A DNA stretch of 64,000 nucleotides, taken from assembly GCA_963709075.1 (NCBI GenBank), contig CAVPUY010000010.1, positions 117,654-181,653 of the forward strand, given 5' to 3'. Below the pieces are notes generated by a model. The model searched no databases. It had not been told where the DNA came from and saw only the letters and a list, made by a program, of their open reading frames with translations. Of this stretch, positions 10,436-19,869 are shown one piece after another (position 1 is the first letter of the stretch; the number at the start of each line of letters is the position of its first letter). A program made the position numbers and the translations under genes. This DNA is from an uncultured Actinomycetes bacterium (GTDB lineage: Bacteria; Actinomycetota; Actinomycetes; Streptosporangiales; Streptosporangiaceae).

Positions 10436-11547
10436 CCCTCGCTCACGGCCGGCGCGTCAGCGGATACCACAAGCACCGGGTCCGGCCGGATCGTCAGGGC
10501 TACCCGGCTGCCGGCCGGCAGCCCGGCGGCGTCCGAGGTCGTCAGCTGCGCCAGGATCGTCGTGTCGCCAAGGTCCACGGTGACCCGGCTGGTGGCGCCG
10601 AGGAAGGTGACGGCGATGACCGTGCCGGTCAGCGGCCCGGCGTCACCCGAGCTGTCCGATGCCAGCGTGACCGCCTCCGGCCGGATGAGGGCGGTGACCG
10701 GCCCTTCCGGGGTCGAGTGGTCCACCAGCGGGAGGTCACGTCCCCGCACGGTCACGGTCTGCCCGCTGACGGTGCCGACCAGCCGGTTGGACAGTCCGAC
10801 GAACTCCGCGACGAACGGCGTCGCCGGCCGCGAGTAGACCTCGGTGGGCGGCGCGAGCTGCTCGATGTGACCGTCCCGCATCACTCCGACCCGGTCCGCG
10901 ATGGCCAGCGCCTCTTCCTGATCGTGGGTGACGAAAAGCGTGGTGATGCCTACCTCAAGCTGGATCCGGCGGATCTGGTCCCGCAGCTGCGCCCGCACCT
11001 TGGCGTCCAGCGCGGAGAGCGGCTCGTCGAGCAGCAGCACCTGGGGCTCGATCGCCAGCGCACGGGCCAGCGCTACCCGCTGCTGCTGACCGCCGGAGAT
11101 CTGGTGCGGGTACCGGTCCGCCTGGGCGGACAGGCCGACGAGTTCCAGCATCTCGATCGCCCGCTCGTCCCGCTTGGCCGCGCTGACCCGGCGCATCCGC
11201 AGCCCGAAGGCGACGTTCTGCCGCACGGTCATGTGCGGGAACAGCGAGTAAGCCTGGAAGACCATCCCCATGTCGCGCTTGCTGGCCGGCAGGTACGTGA
11301 CATCCCTGCCGCCGACGGTGATCTGGCCGGAGTCGGCATCCTCTAGCCCCGCCAGCAGGCGCAGCGTGGTGGTCTTGCCGCAGCCCGACGGCCCGAGCAA
11401 CGCGACGAGCTCGCCGGCCTGCACGGTCAGCTCAAGCCCGTCCAGCGCTGTGACAGGTCCGTAGTGCCTGCTCAGACCCGCCATCCGCACCTCGACGCCG
11501 GCCCTGGCCGCGGTGGAGTGCTGGGTCCCGGTTGTCGGTGAAGTCAT
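10432..11547 (-). CDS. ABC importer ATP-binding protein (PotA/MalK/FbpC type with C-terminal regulatory domain)
   Basis: Walker A GPSGCGKTT, signature ISGGQQQR, Walker B LLLDEPLSALD, H-loop VTHD. 371 aa. Confidence 0.9.
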   Translation of the reverse strand: MTSPTTGTQHSTAARAGVEVRMAGLSRHYGPVTALDGLELTVQAGELVALLGPSGCGKTTTLRLLAGLEDADSGQITVGGRDVTYLPASKRDMGMVFQAYSLFPHMTVRQNVAFGLRMRRVSAAKRDERAIEMLELVGLSAQADRYPHQISGGQQQRVALARALAIEPQVLLLDEPLSALDAKVRAQLRDQIRRIQLEVGITTLFVTHDQEEALAIADRVGVMRDGHIEQLAPPTEVYSRPATPFVAEFVGLSNRLVGTVSGQTVTVRGRDLPLVDHSTPEGPVTALIRPEAVTLASDSSGDAGPLTGTVIAVTFLGATSRVTVDLGDTTILAQLTTSDAAGLPAGSRVALTIRPDPVLVVSADAPAVSEG

Positions 11548-11555
11548 TCGCTACC

Positions 11556-12422
11556 TCATCCCCGGTCACCGCGGCGGCGGCCGACGAAGGTCAGGATAAG
11601 CAGCAGGCCGAAGGCGAACAGCAGCGCGGCAACGGAGGTGGAGAAGAGCACCCCGGCGTCCGGTGTATTCCGGCTGATGGAATACAGCTCCACCTGCAGG
11701 TTGACATAGTTGAAGAGGTTGTAGGCCACGGTGAACTCGCCAAGCACCAGCGCCGAGGTCAGCAGCAGGGCGTTCAGGATTCCCTGTCGCATGTTCGGCG
11801 CGATCACCCGCACGATAACGGTGAACCAGCTCGCCCCGAGGCCGCGCGCTGCCTCGGACAGCGTCGTGACGTCGATTGCGTTCAGCCCGGTGGCGAGCGC
11901 CCGGTAGGCGTACGGCAGCGCCAGGATGACGTAGATCCAGAACAGCATGAGCGAGGAAACGTTGTAGTGCGCGATCCTGTTGTAGATCGGGCCGAGGCCG
12001 ACCACCAGGACGATCGAGGCGATGGTGAGCGGCAGCAGGCAGAGGAACTCAAATGCCCGGCTGAACCACTGCACCCGCAGCCGGATCCAGATCATGGTCG
12101 GCAGCAGCAGCACCAGCATGACCACGCTGGTGATAACCGCTAGCTCCAGGGTGAGCTCCACCGCGGACAGCAGCGATGCTGACCCCGGTATCTGGTACGA
12201 GAGGATCTGCTTCCAGGCCGTCACCGACCAGGTGCCGAGACGGGGACCCTCCAGCGAGAACCGGGTCATCGCGAGCAGCGGCAGCAGGAAGAACGCCCCG
12301 AATACCGTGAAGGCCAGATAGCGGAACACGTTCAGCCGCCGGCGCTGGCGAGCCTGCATGCCGCGCGGTGCCTTGGCCGGCCCGCTGAGCGGCGACTCGC
12401 CGATGGAGGTTATCGCAGCCAT
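11556..12422 (-). CDS. ABC importer permease
   Basis: Start chosen at ATG 12422 (residue 105 of ORF 11556..12734, GGAGGG upstream), which overlaps the upstream permease gene by 13 nt. Multi-pass hydrophobic protein of the binding-protein-dependent transport type. Confidence 0.8.
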   Translation of the reverse strand: MAAITSIGESPLSGPAKAPRGMQARQRRRLNVFRYLAFTVFGAFFLLPLLAMTRFSLEGPRLGTWSVTAWKQILSYQIPGSASLLSAVELTLELAVITSVVMLVLLLPTMIWIRLRVQWFSRAFEFLCLLPLTIASIVLVVGLGPIYNRIAHYNVSSLMLFWIYVILALPYAYRALATGLNAIDVTTLSEAARGLGASWFTVIVRVIAPNMRQGILNALLLTSALVLGEFTVAYNLFNYVNLQVELYSISRNTPDAGVLFSTSVAALLFAFGLLLILTFVGRRRGDRG

Positions 12423-13276
12423 CGCGCCGCCCTCCGTTGCAGCAGGGCGTATCCAGTCATGACGATGGCCACCATGACGACCATGCCCAGGGCGAGCGCG
12501 TCCGCATAGTTGACGTTCGCCAGCCCGACCTCGCTGGACAGCGAGGTGCTGATCTGCTGCGTGGCGGTATAAGCGATCTGGTTCTCCCAGGCCTGGATCG
12601 TCGCGAAGGCCGACAGCCCGTTGGCGAACAGCAGCAGGGTCGCGCCGAGAAACGGCGGCGTCAGCAGGGGGCCGCCGATATACCTCCAGTACTGCCATGC
12701 CGATGCGCCGAGATTCTCCGATGCCTCGCGCCACTGGATTTTCAGCCCGTCAATCGCTGGCAGGAAGACCAGCACCATCAGCGGGATCTGGAAGTACGCA
12801 TAGATCAGCGCGATGCCCTGCGGGAAGTCGAAGTACCAGCTGGCGTGCATCAGCAGGCCGATGGGGCCGATGAGCACGAGGAAGGCGAATGCCAGGGTGA
12901 CGCCGCCGAACTGGGCGAGCACCCCCGAGGCGGCCAGGTAGAGCCGGCGCACGATGCCATCGGGATTCCCTGACGCCACGGCATAGGCCAGGATCGCGCC
13001 GAACACCGCCCCGATTACCGCCGTGATCAGCGCGAGCTTGAAGGAGCCGATGAAGTAACCGCGTACCGCCGGGCTGCCCAGGGCCGTGATGCCGGACAGC
13101 GTCAGCTTTCCGGTCGGGGTCTTGAACGCGTCGAATATCACGATCCCGGTCGGCAGCAGCAGGAAAACTCCGACGTAGGCGAGAAACGGGACGGTACCCA
13201 CCCAGCCGGGAACGGCAACCCGGCGCCCGGCCCGAGCGGGCCGGGCGCCGGTCGGCGTCGTTGCGGCGACGGACAC
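12410..13276 (-). CDS. ABC importer permease
   Basis: Intact 288-aa multi-pass membrane ORF lying between the SBP gene and the second permease gene. Confidence 0.8.
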   Translation of the reverse strand: MSVAATTPTGARPARAGRRVAVPGWVGTVPFLAYVGVFLLLPTGIVIFDAFKTPTGKLTLSGITALGSPAVRGYFIGSFKLALITAVIGAVFGAILAYAVASGNPDGIVRRLYLAASGVLAQFGGVTLAFAFLVLIGPIGLLMHASWYFDFPQGIALIYAYFQIPLMVLVFLPAIDGLKIQWREASENLGASAWQYWRYIGGPLLTPPFLGATLLLFANGLSAFATIQAWENQIAYTATQQISTSLSSEVGLANVNYADALALGMVVMVAIVMTGYALLQRRAARWLR

Positions 13277-13285
13277 TGCGCCTCG

Positions 13286-14437
13286 CTAGCCGACGGCCTT
13301 GGCCCAGTTCGCCGCCAGGTAGTTGGCGGCGTCGGTGTTCTGCTTCTGGGTCAGGAACACCGGCGTACCGGAAACCGGGGGCAGTTTCGATGCCGCCGCT
13401 GCGTCGATGGACTTGTTGCTGGTCATGGCCGTCTGCTCGACCGGCCGGGCGCCGCCCTGCAGCCAGAGGTTCTGACCGTCATGCGCGCCCTGGGAGAAGA
13501 GGAACTCTTCCCACAGCCGGGCGGCCGCCGGGTGCGGCGCGTTCTTGTTGATGGCCTGCGCGTAGTACCCGCCGAGGACGGCATTCGACGGCACGAACAC
13601 CTTCCAGTTCGATACGCCCACGTAGCTGGGCAGGTTGAGGTAGTCCCAGTTGAACACCACCGGGGTGCTGCCCGACTTGATCGTGGCGCCGGTAGCCGAC
13701 ACCGGCGAGAAGTTGCCTGCGGCCTTGAGCTTGTGGAAGAAGTCAACGCCCTTGGCGATGCTGTCCGCGGTGCCGCCCTCGGCGAGGTTGGCCATCATCA
13801 CGCCGTTCAGCGCGGCGTTGGCCGAGGTCGGGTTGCCGTTCAGCGCGACCGCGTTCTTGAACTTCGGGCCGAGCAGCTGGTTCAGCGAGGTGATCGTGCC
13901 GAACTTAGCCGAGTAGCCGACCGCCATGTAGCCGCCGTAGTCCTCGGTCCACACGCCGTTCGACGCCTTCTGGGAGGCCGGGATGGCCGACCAGGTGCTG
14001 ACCTTGTACGGCGCGAACAAGTTGGTGTTGACCAGCGCTACGGCCTGCCCGACATCGAGGACGTCGGGAGCCTTCGATGTGCCATTCTCCGACTTCACCG
14101 CGTCCACTTCTTGCTGGCTGGTGCCGTCCGGGAGGGCCGAGTTGACCTTGATTCCGTACGTGCTGGTGAAGGTCTTGATGATGTTGCCGTAGTTCGCCCA
14201 GGTCGGGGGAAGGGCGATGACGTTGAGCGTGCCCTCCTTCTTCGCCGCGGCGATGAGCTTGCTCATTCCGCCCCCGGCCGAGACTGAGCTGACGGTGGAC
14301 CAGCTGGTCCCGCCGCTGGAGCCCGACGAACCCGACGAGCACGCAGCCGCCAGCAGCGCCAGGGCGCCGAGCCCGATCAGCGCAGTTCTGCGTGGCGACC
14401 TCAACCGAATGCCTCGTGTCAACTTTCCCATCCCCAT
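13286..14437 (-). CDS. ABC importer substrate-binding lipoprotein (family-1 solute-binding protein)
   Basis: ORF 13286..14506 with the start placed at Met24 (14437). Signal peptide plus lipobox LLAAC followed by an SSGSSGSSGG linker. About 380 aa, periplasmic-binding-protein-like. Confidence 0.8.
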   Translation of the reverse strand: MGMGKLTRGIRLRSPRRTALIGLGALALLAAACSSGSSGSSGGTSWSTVSSVSAGGGMSKLIAAAKKEGTLNVIALPPTWANYGNIIKTFTSTYGIKVNSALPDGTSQQEVDAVKSENGTSKAPDVLDVGQAVALVNTNLFAPYKVSTWSAIPASQKASNGVWTEDYGGYMAVGYSAKFGTITSLNQLLGPKFKNAVALNGNPTSANAALNGVMMANLAEGGTADSIAKGVDFFHKLKAAGNFSPVSATGATIKSGSTPVVFNWDYLNLPSYVGVSNWKVFVPSNAVLGGYYAQAINKNAPHPAAARLWEEFLFSQGAHDGQNLWLQGGARPVEQTAMTSNKSIDAAAASKLPPVSGTPVFLTQKQNTDAANYLAANWAKAVG

Positions 14438-14515
14438 CGCGTTCGTCCCGAAGGCCGTGGCAAAAGCAATTCCAGGAGGCCGGCATGCCGTCCCGGCGGG
14501 CACCATTCAGCCCAA

Positions 14516-14535
14516 ATGCCTAAAACGTTTTGCAT
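14516..14535. promoter_or_regulatory. Candidate LacI-family operator (CG-centred palindrome) upstream of the SBP gene
   Basis: Sequence atgcctAAAACGTTTTgcat. It has a perfect 10-bp core AAAACGTTTT (14522-14531) with TGC/GCA flanks offset by 1-2 nt. It lies ~85-95 nt upstream of the SBP start and downstream of my corrected lacI stop (14611). Confidence 0.3.
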
Positions 14536-14610
14536 CGGTATGCTGGCGTAGCGGGCTCACGGGTGTCAAGGGACGTTACCGAGATGACGCCGACGGCAAC
14601 CTGATGTTCA

Positions 14611-15655
14611 TCAGGCCAGGTGAGCGGGGCGTAACCGCAGGTTATCCGGCCGCTGGAGCGAGGCACGGCGGACCAGCTCGACGGGGCAACGTAGTCCTCT
14701 TGCAGGCCCGGTTCGAGCAGCCGCAGCATCAGCGCGCGGCCCATCGCCCGCTGGTCCATCCGGATTGTCGCCAGCGGCGGGTCGAGCAATTCGGAGGTGG
14801 GCAGGTCGTCATGGCCGACGACCGAGACGCCATGCCCGATAGGCAGCGATAGCTCGCGCGCGGCCTTGTAGATCGCGAGCGCCGTGTAGTCGGAGTTGGT
14901 GATGACGGCGGTCGGCGGATGGCTGCCGGACAGCAGCGTGATCGCGGCCTGCTGGACGTCGGCCATCGTGAGGAGCGAGTACATGATCGTTGGCCGCAGG
15001 CTCGAGCTCACCGGCCACGCGCCGGAAATGGCGCAGCCGGTCCGGGTCGGCCATCAGGTCACGCGGCGCCGAGAGGAATGCGACCGAGGCATGGCCGAGC
15101 TCCGCCAGGCAGCGCATGGGCAGCTCGACGGCGGCGGCCGTGTCCGGGCCGACCCTGGCGATCCCGGTGATGCCGTCCGCCGATCCGTTCAGCGAGACCA
15201 CCGGCGCGCCCGGCCGCAGGTCCTGCCAGAGCCGGATCGACTCGCCCGGCGCCGACCGGGGCGATCGCCAGGCCCGCCACGCGCTGCACGGCCATCTCCC
15301 GGACGTGCGTGCGCTCGCGGTCGATTGAGTAGCGCGAGTCAAGCACGAGCAGGGTCGCTCCTGCCTCGGCCGCGACCTGCTGGGCCCCGCTCAGCACTTC
15401 GAGGAAGAACGGATTGGCGAAGTTGCGGACGACGAAGCCGTAGGTCGTGGTGCGGCCCCGGCGCAGCGCCTGTGCCTGCGGGTTCGCCCGGTAGCCGAGC
15501 TGCTTCGCGGCGGCAACCGCGCGCCGCCTGGTTTCGTCCGCAACGCCGGGCCGCCCGTTCAGCGCGAGGCTGGCCGTGGCGACGGAGACCCCGGCGATCC
15601 TGGCGACATCGCGAATGCCGATCGGCCGCCCCGACCCGGCCTTGTGCGTCGCCAT
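14611..15655 (-). pseudogene. LacI-family transcriptional regulator, three frame breaks (~15245, ~14990, ~14690)
   Basis: HTH IGIRDVARIAGVSVATASLALNG in ORF 15059..15673 (start at Met7). The middle part is in ORF 14809..15342 (ESIRLWQDLRPGAPVVSLNG...). The next part is in ORF 14520..15011 (PTAVITNSDYTALAIYKAARELSLPIGHGVSVVGHDDLP). The last ~25 codons (PVELVRRASLQ...) are in a further frame ending at TGA 14611-14613. Confidence 0.8.
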
Positions 15656-15877
15656 GATCTCCCCTGCCAGCAAAGGGCTGTGCCGGGCAGGCCGGCCAGC
15701 CGCCCGGCGAAACTACGCCACGCGCGGTGAGCCACCGAGCACTCACCCTGCATGACTCGCCGCCGCACGGCAAGCCCTGGCGCCGCGACTGGCATTCGCG
15801 CGGAATTCAGCGGCGGCCGTGCGCCTACGCTGTCATCCGAGGGGTACACCGGCCGGCGAAGGACGAGGAGAGTCGCA

Positions 15878-16611
15878 ATGCTGATACTTGGCGTCGACAT
15901 CGGCGGCACGCGGGATCAAGGCTGCCCCGGTGGACGTGACGACGGGAACGCTGGCCGCCGAGCGGGCCAAGCTCGCCACCCCGCATCCGGCCGAGCCGGA
16001 CGCGGTCGCCGAGATCGTGCGGGAGCTGGTGACCGGCTTCAGCTGGAAGGGCCCGGCCGGCATCGCCTTTCCCGGCGTGATCGCCGACGGGATCACCAGG
16101 ACGGCCGCCAACCTGGACAAGTCCTGGATCGGGATGGACGCCCGCGGGCTCTTCGGCAAGGCGACCGGCGTGCCGGTCAGCATGATCAACGATGCCGACG
16201 CCGCGGGCCTGGCCGAGATGCGGTTCGGGGCGGGCGCGGGCCGCAAGGGGACGGTGCTGATGTTCACGTTCGGCACCGGGATCGGCAGTGCGCTGTTCGT
16301 CGACGGGCATCCTGGTGCCGAATACCGAGTTCGGGCACATCGAGATCCGCGGCAAGGAAGCCGAGAAGCGCGCATCTGAGCACGCGAAGGACTTGCACCA
16401 CCTGAGCTGGGAAAGCTGGGCCGCACGGGTAGATGAGTACATGAAGCACATGGAGGCGCTGCTGTCGCCCGGGCTCATCATCGTCGGCGGCGGGATCAGC
16501 AGGAAGTCGGAGAAGTTCCTGCCACTGCTGACCGGGCTGACCGCGCCCGTGGTGCCGGCCGCGATGCACAACGACGCCGGCATCGTCGGCGCCGCCATGG
16601 CCGCCAGCTGA
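15878..16611 (+). pseudogene. ppgK: Polyphosphate glucokinase (ROK family), two 1-nt insertions (15911, 16308)
   Basis: ATG 15878 (GAGGAG upstream) gives [11 protein letters not shown]. The frame then continues in ORF 15888..16379 ([12 protein letters not shown]...[10 protein letters not shown]...[15 protein letters not shown]). It then continues in ORF 16288..16611 ([19 protein letters not shown]...GGGIS). Confidence 0.85.
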
Positions 16612-16739
16612 TCATGCCGCGCAAGGGCCGGCGTTGCGGCCATGCCGGTGGCTAGGGCTCAGTGGCGAGGAGCGGGCGGGACTGCCCGGCGCGAGCTGGG
16701 CGAATATCTCCAGGCAGCCTAGGCCGGGCGCAGCCGATA

Positions 16740-17153
16740 TCAGCGGCTATTCGCGCCTTGGGCAGACCCGATACCTGGCCGGTAAGCGACCGCTTCCACC
16801 TCGACCAGCATCCGCGGATCGACGAGCGCGGGTACACCGATCATGGACGAAGCAGGGAGCACGCTGCCGAACGCGGCGCCGTGGGCGCGCCCGTAGTCCT
16901 GCCAGCGCGAGATGTCGGTGACGTAGATCCGGGTGCGCACCACGTCGGCCAGCGTGGCGCCGAGCTCCGCGAGCGCGGCGGCCACGTTGCTGATGGCCTG
17001 CGCCGTCTGCGCGTAGGCGTCTCCCTCGTGCACGAGCTCCTGGCCCGCCACGGACGTGCAGCCGGAGACGAAGATGAAGTCGCCGGCCGCGACGGCGCGG
17101 CTGTACCCGACCACCGGCTCCCACGGCGCGCCGGAGGAGATCCTGCGGGTCAC
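16740..17153 (-). CDS. RidA/YjgF-family protein
   Basis: Intact 137-aa ORF with layout typical of the RidA/YjgF family (...FIFVSGCTS...RIYVTD...VEVEAVA). Confidence 0.8.
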   Translation of the reverse strand: MTRRISSGAPWEPVVGYSRAVAAGDFIFVSGCTSVAGQELVHEGDAYAQTAQAISNVAAALAELGATLADVVRTRIYVTDISRWQDYGRAHGAAFGSVLPASSMIGVPALVDPRMLVEVEAVAYRPGIGSAQGANSR

Positions 17154-17165
17154 CTGGTCACCCGG

Positions 17166-17819
17166 TCACCAGCCGTCGGCCTGTTCCGGCAGGGCGCTCT
17201 CGGCTGGCGCAAGCGCCTGCGCCGGCCTGGCCGCCGCGGCCTGCCGCCGATCGCGCAGCAGCCGGGCCGCCTCGAATATGCCGACGACAAGGCCGGCCGC
17301 CATCGGCCAGAACGCGATGGCGCCGTGCGCTCCCAGCGCGACCGGCGCCCGCAGCAGCGCACCCGGCCTGCTGACCGCGAGCTCGCGGGCGAACGCAGCC
17401 TGGCCAGACTGCTGGCCGGCCCAGCGCGCGAGCAGCGCGGCCGCCACTCCCCCGCCGAGCAACCCCAGCACGGCCACCACGCCGTGCCTGCGCACCGCGA
17501 GTGCCCAGCCGAGCAGCCCGCACGTCACGCCACCCACCGCACAAAGCAGGATGAACCACGCATCGGCGACGATGAACGCGCTCGTCTCCGGGCTGGCGAC
17601 ATCCGCCCCGCCTCCGCCGGTGGCCACCAGCAGCGCGTGCGGCGCCACCGCGGCCCAGGCGAGTCCGGCCAGCAGGCCGAGGAGCGCGCTGCCGGCCGCG
17701 ATAGCGGCGAACGCGGCGGCGGCCCGGACCGCCGCGCCGCCGACGCTTTCTCCTCCCGCGGCGGGCGGAGAATCGCCGCCAGGACGGGAGGAATAAGGGA
17801 TGTCGCTGATATCCGCCAT
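17166..17819 (-). CDS. Hypothetical membrane protein (four predicted helices)
   Basis: ORF 17166..17903 with the start placed at Met29 (MADISDIPYSS). Hydrophobic segments AAAFAAIAAGSALLGLLAGLAWAAV, WFILLCAVGGVTCGLLGWALAV, VVAVLGLLGGGVAAALLA and IAFWPMAAGLVVGIF. Confidence 0.5.
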   Translation of the reverse strand: MADISDIPYSSRPGGDSPPAAGGESVGGAAVRAAAAFAAIAAGSALLGLLAGLAWAAVAPHALLVATGGGGADVASPETSAFIVADAWFILLCAVGGVTCGLLGWALAVRRHGVVAVLGLLGGGVAAALLARWAGQQSGQAAFARELAVSRPGALLRAPVALGAHGAIAFWPMAAGLVVGIFEAARLLRDRRQAAAARPAQALAPAESALPEQADGW

Positions 17820-17995
17820 TCTCCGCAGAAGATTACCGGACCGCGCTTCATCCCCGGTCGCGGTGATCACCGGCGGATGGCCGCAGGCGGCGTCGCGGTG
17901 CACCCGGCCGGGCGGTCAGCCTTGCTAGTCTGGTCGCCAGGAAGGCCGACCGAAGGCAAGACGTAACTAGTGGGGGCCACCGACAAGGCAGGCAG

Positions 17996-18993
17996 ATGAT
18001 CGAGGCGCACGAACTGACGAAGCGCTACGGGGACAAGGTGGCAGTAGACCATCTGTCCTTCACCGTCCGGCCGGGCATGGTCACCGGATTCCTCGGGCCT
18101 AACGGGGCCGGCAAGTCGACGACCATGCGGCTGATCCTCGGCCTTGACCTGGCGCAGGGCGGCACCGCCACGATCAACGGCCGTCGCTACCGCGACCTGG
18201 CCGATCCGCTGCGGACGGCCGGCGCGCTGCTCGAGGCGAAGTCCGTGCACTCCGGCCGCAGCGCCCGTAATCACCTGCTGTTCCTGGCGCAGACCCAGGG
18301 GCTGCCGGCGGCCCGGGTTGACGAGGTGCTCGGCCTGGTCGGGCTGCAGGACGTGGCCAGGAAGCGGGCCGGCAGCTTCTCGCTCGGCATGAGCCAGCGG
18401 CTGGGCATCGCGGCCGCCATGCTCGGCGACCCGCAGGTGCTGCTGCTCGACGAGCCGGTCAACGGGCTTGACCCGGAGGGCGTCCTGTGGATCAGGAACC
18501 TGATGAAGCAGCTCGCGTCGGATGGCAAGACCGTGTTCGTCTCCAGCCACCTGATGAACGAGATGTCGGTCACAGCCGACCATCTGATCGTGATCGGCCG
18601 CGGAAAGCTGATCGCCGACTGCAGCACCCAGGAGTTCATCGCCCGCAGCTCGGACAGATCGGTGCTGGTACGCACGCCGGACACGGCCAGGCTTACCGAC
18701 CTGATCACCGGAGCGGGCGGCAAGGTCAGCCGCGAAGACCAGGCGCCGGCCGGGGAGCCGGCGACCCCGGCGTCGCGCAGGCGCTGGCCGTGTCCGGCAT
18801 TGAGGCGCCGCGTATCGGCGAGCTCGCCGCGGCGGCCGGGATCGTGCTGCACGAGCTCACCCCGCGGGCGTCGCTGGAGGAGGCGTTCCTGGAGATGACC
18901 TCAGGCAGCCTTGAGTTCGGCGTCCACGAGCCTGGTCAGGAAACCGCGGCCGAGCCGGGCCAGGTAACCGCGGCCAAGGAAGGTGCCCGATGA
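17996..18993 (+). pseudogene. ABC-2-type exporter ATP-binding protein, one frame break at ~18750-18780
   Basis: Walker A GPNGAGKST, signature LSLGMSQR, Walker B LLLDEPVNGLD. The C-terminal part (LAVSGIEAPRIGELAAAAGIVLHELTPRASLEEAFLEMT) lies in ORF 18487..18993. Confidence 0.85.
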
Positions 18994-19838
18994 CATCCGC
19001 AGTGCCTGTCGCGCCAGCTTCCCGGCCGGCCTGCCGCCTGCCGCCCATCGCGCGGGCTTCGGCCATCTGCTGCTCAGCGAGTGGACGAAGATCCGCTCGG
19101 TCCGCTCCACGATCTGGACGCTCATCGTCTTCGTGGTCGTGACCATCGGCTTCACCGCGCTGTTCACCTGGCTGACCGTGGACAACTGGACCGGCCCGCG
19201 GGCAGCGCAGCGCAACGCAACGATCATCGCCGACCCGGTGAGCTTCATACTCGGCGCGGGGACCGGCCTGGGCCAGCTGGCGATCGCCGTGCTCGGCGTG
19301 CTGCTGATCGCGACGGAGTACTCCACCGGCGTGATCCGGGCCTCCCTGCTCGCCGTGCCGAAGCGGCTGCCGATGCTGGCCGCCAAGGCAGTGGTGTTCG
19401 CGGTGCTGATCCTCGTGGTGGCAGAGATCGTCACCTTCAGCTCGTTCTTCATCGGCTCGGCGATGCTGCACAGCCACGCGCCCGTATCGCTCAGCGATTC
19501 CGGCGTCGCGCGCGCGGTCATCGGCACTGGCCTGGTACCTCGCCGTGCTCGGCCTGTTCTCGCTGGCCATCGGCGCGCTGATCCGGCATACCGCGGGAGC
19601 CATCGCCACGGCCATCGGCGTGGTCTTCGTGCTGCCGATCCTGTCCGGCCTGCTGCCCGGCAGCTGGGGAGCGCATATCAACGCCTATCTGCCCGAGCAG
19701 GCCGGAGGGCTGATCACCCAGGCGCACCAGAAATCAACCGACCTGCTGTCGCCCTGGCAGGGGTTCGGGGTGTTCTGCCTCTGGACGGCGATCTTGCTGG
19801 CGGCCGCCGGGTACCTGCTGAAGCGGCGCGACGCCTGA
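18983..19838 (+). pseudogene. ABC-2-type exporter permease, 1-nt insertion at 19535
   Basis: FGHLLLSEWTKIRSVRSTIWTL... in ORF 18983..20152. The continuation LYLAVLGLFSLAIGALIRHTAGAIA... is in ORF 19545..19838. The start codon is uncertain: GTG 18983, or ATG 18990 in another frame. Confidence 0.75.
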
Positions 19839-19869
19839 CACAGCCGGCGCCGGTCGCAGGCGGCCCGGG

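Noticed and set aside
15656-15877. Search for a second LacI operator or a shared bidirectional promoter motif in the lacI-ppgK divergent spacer.
   Set aside because: I found no copy of the AAAACGTTTT-type palindrome or any other clear inverted repeat there.
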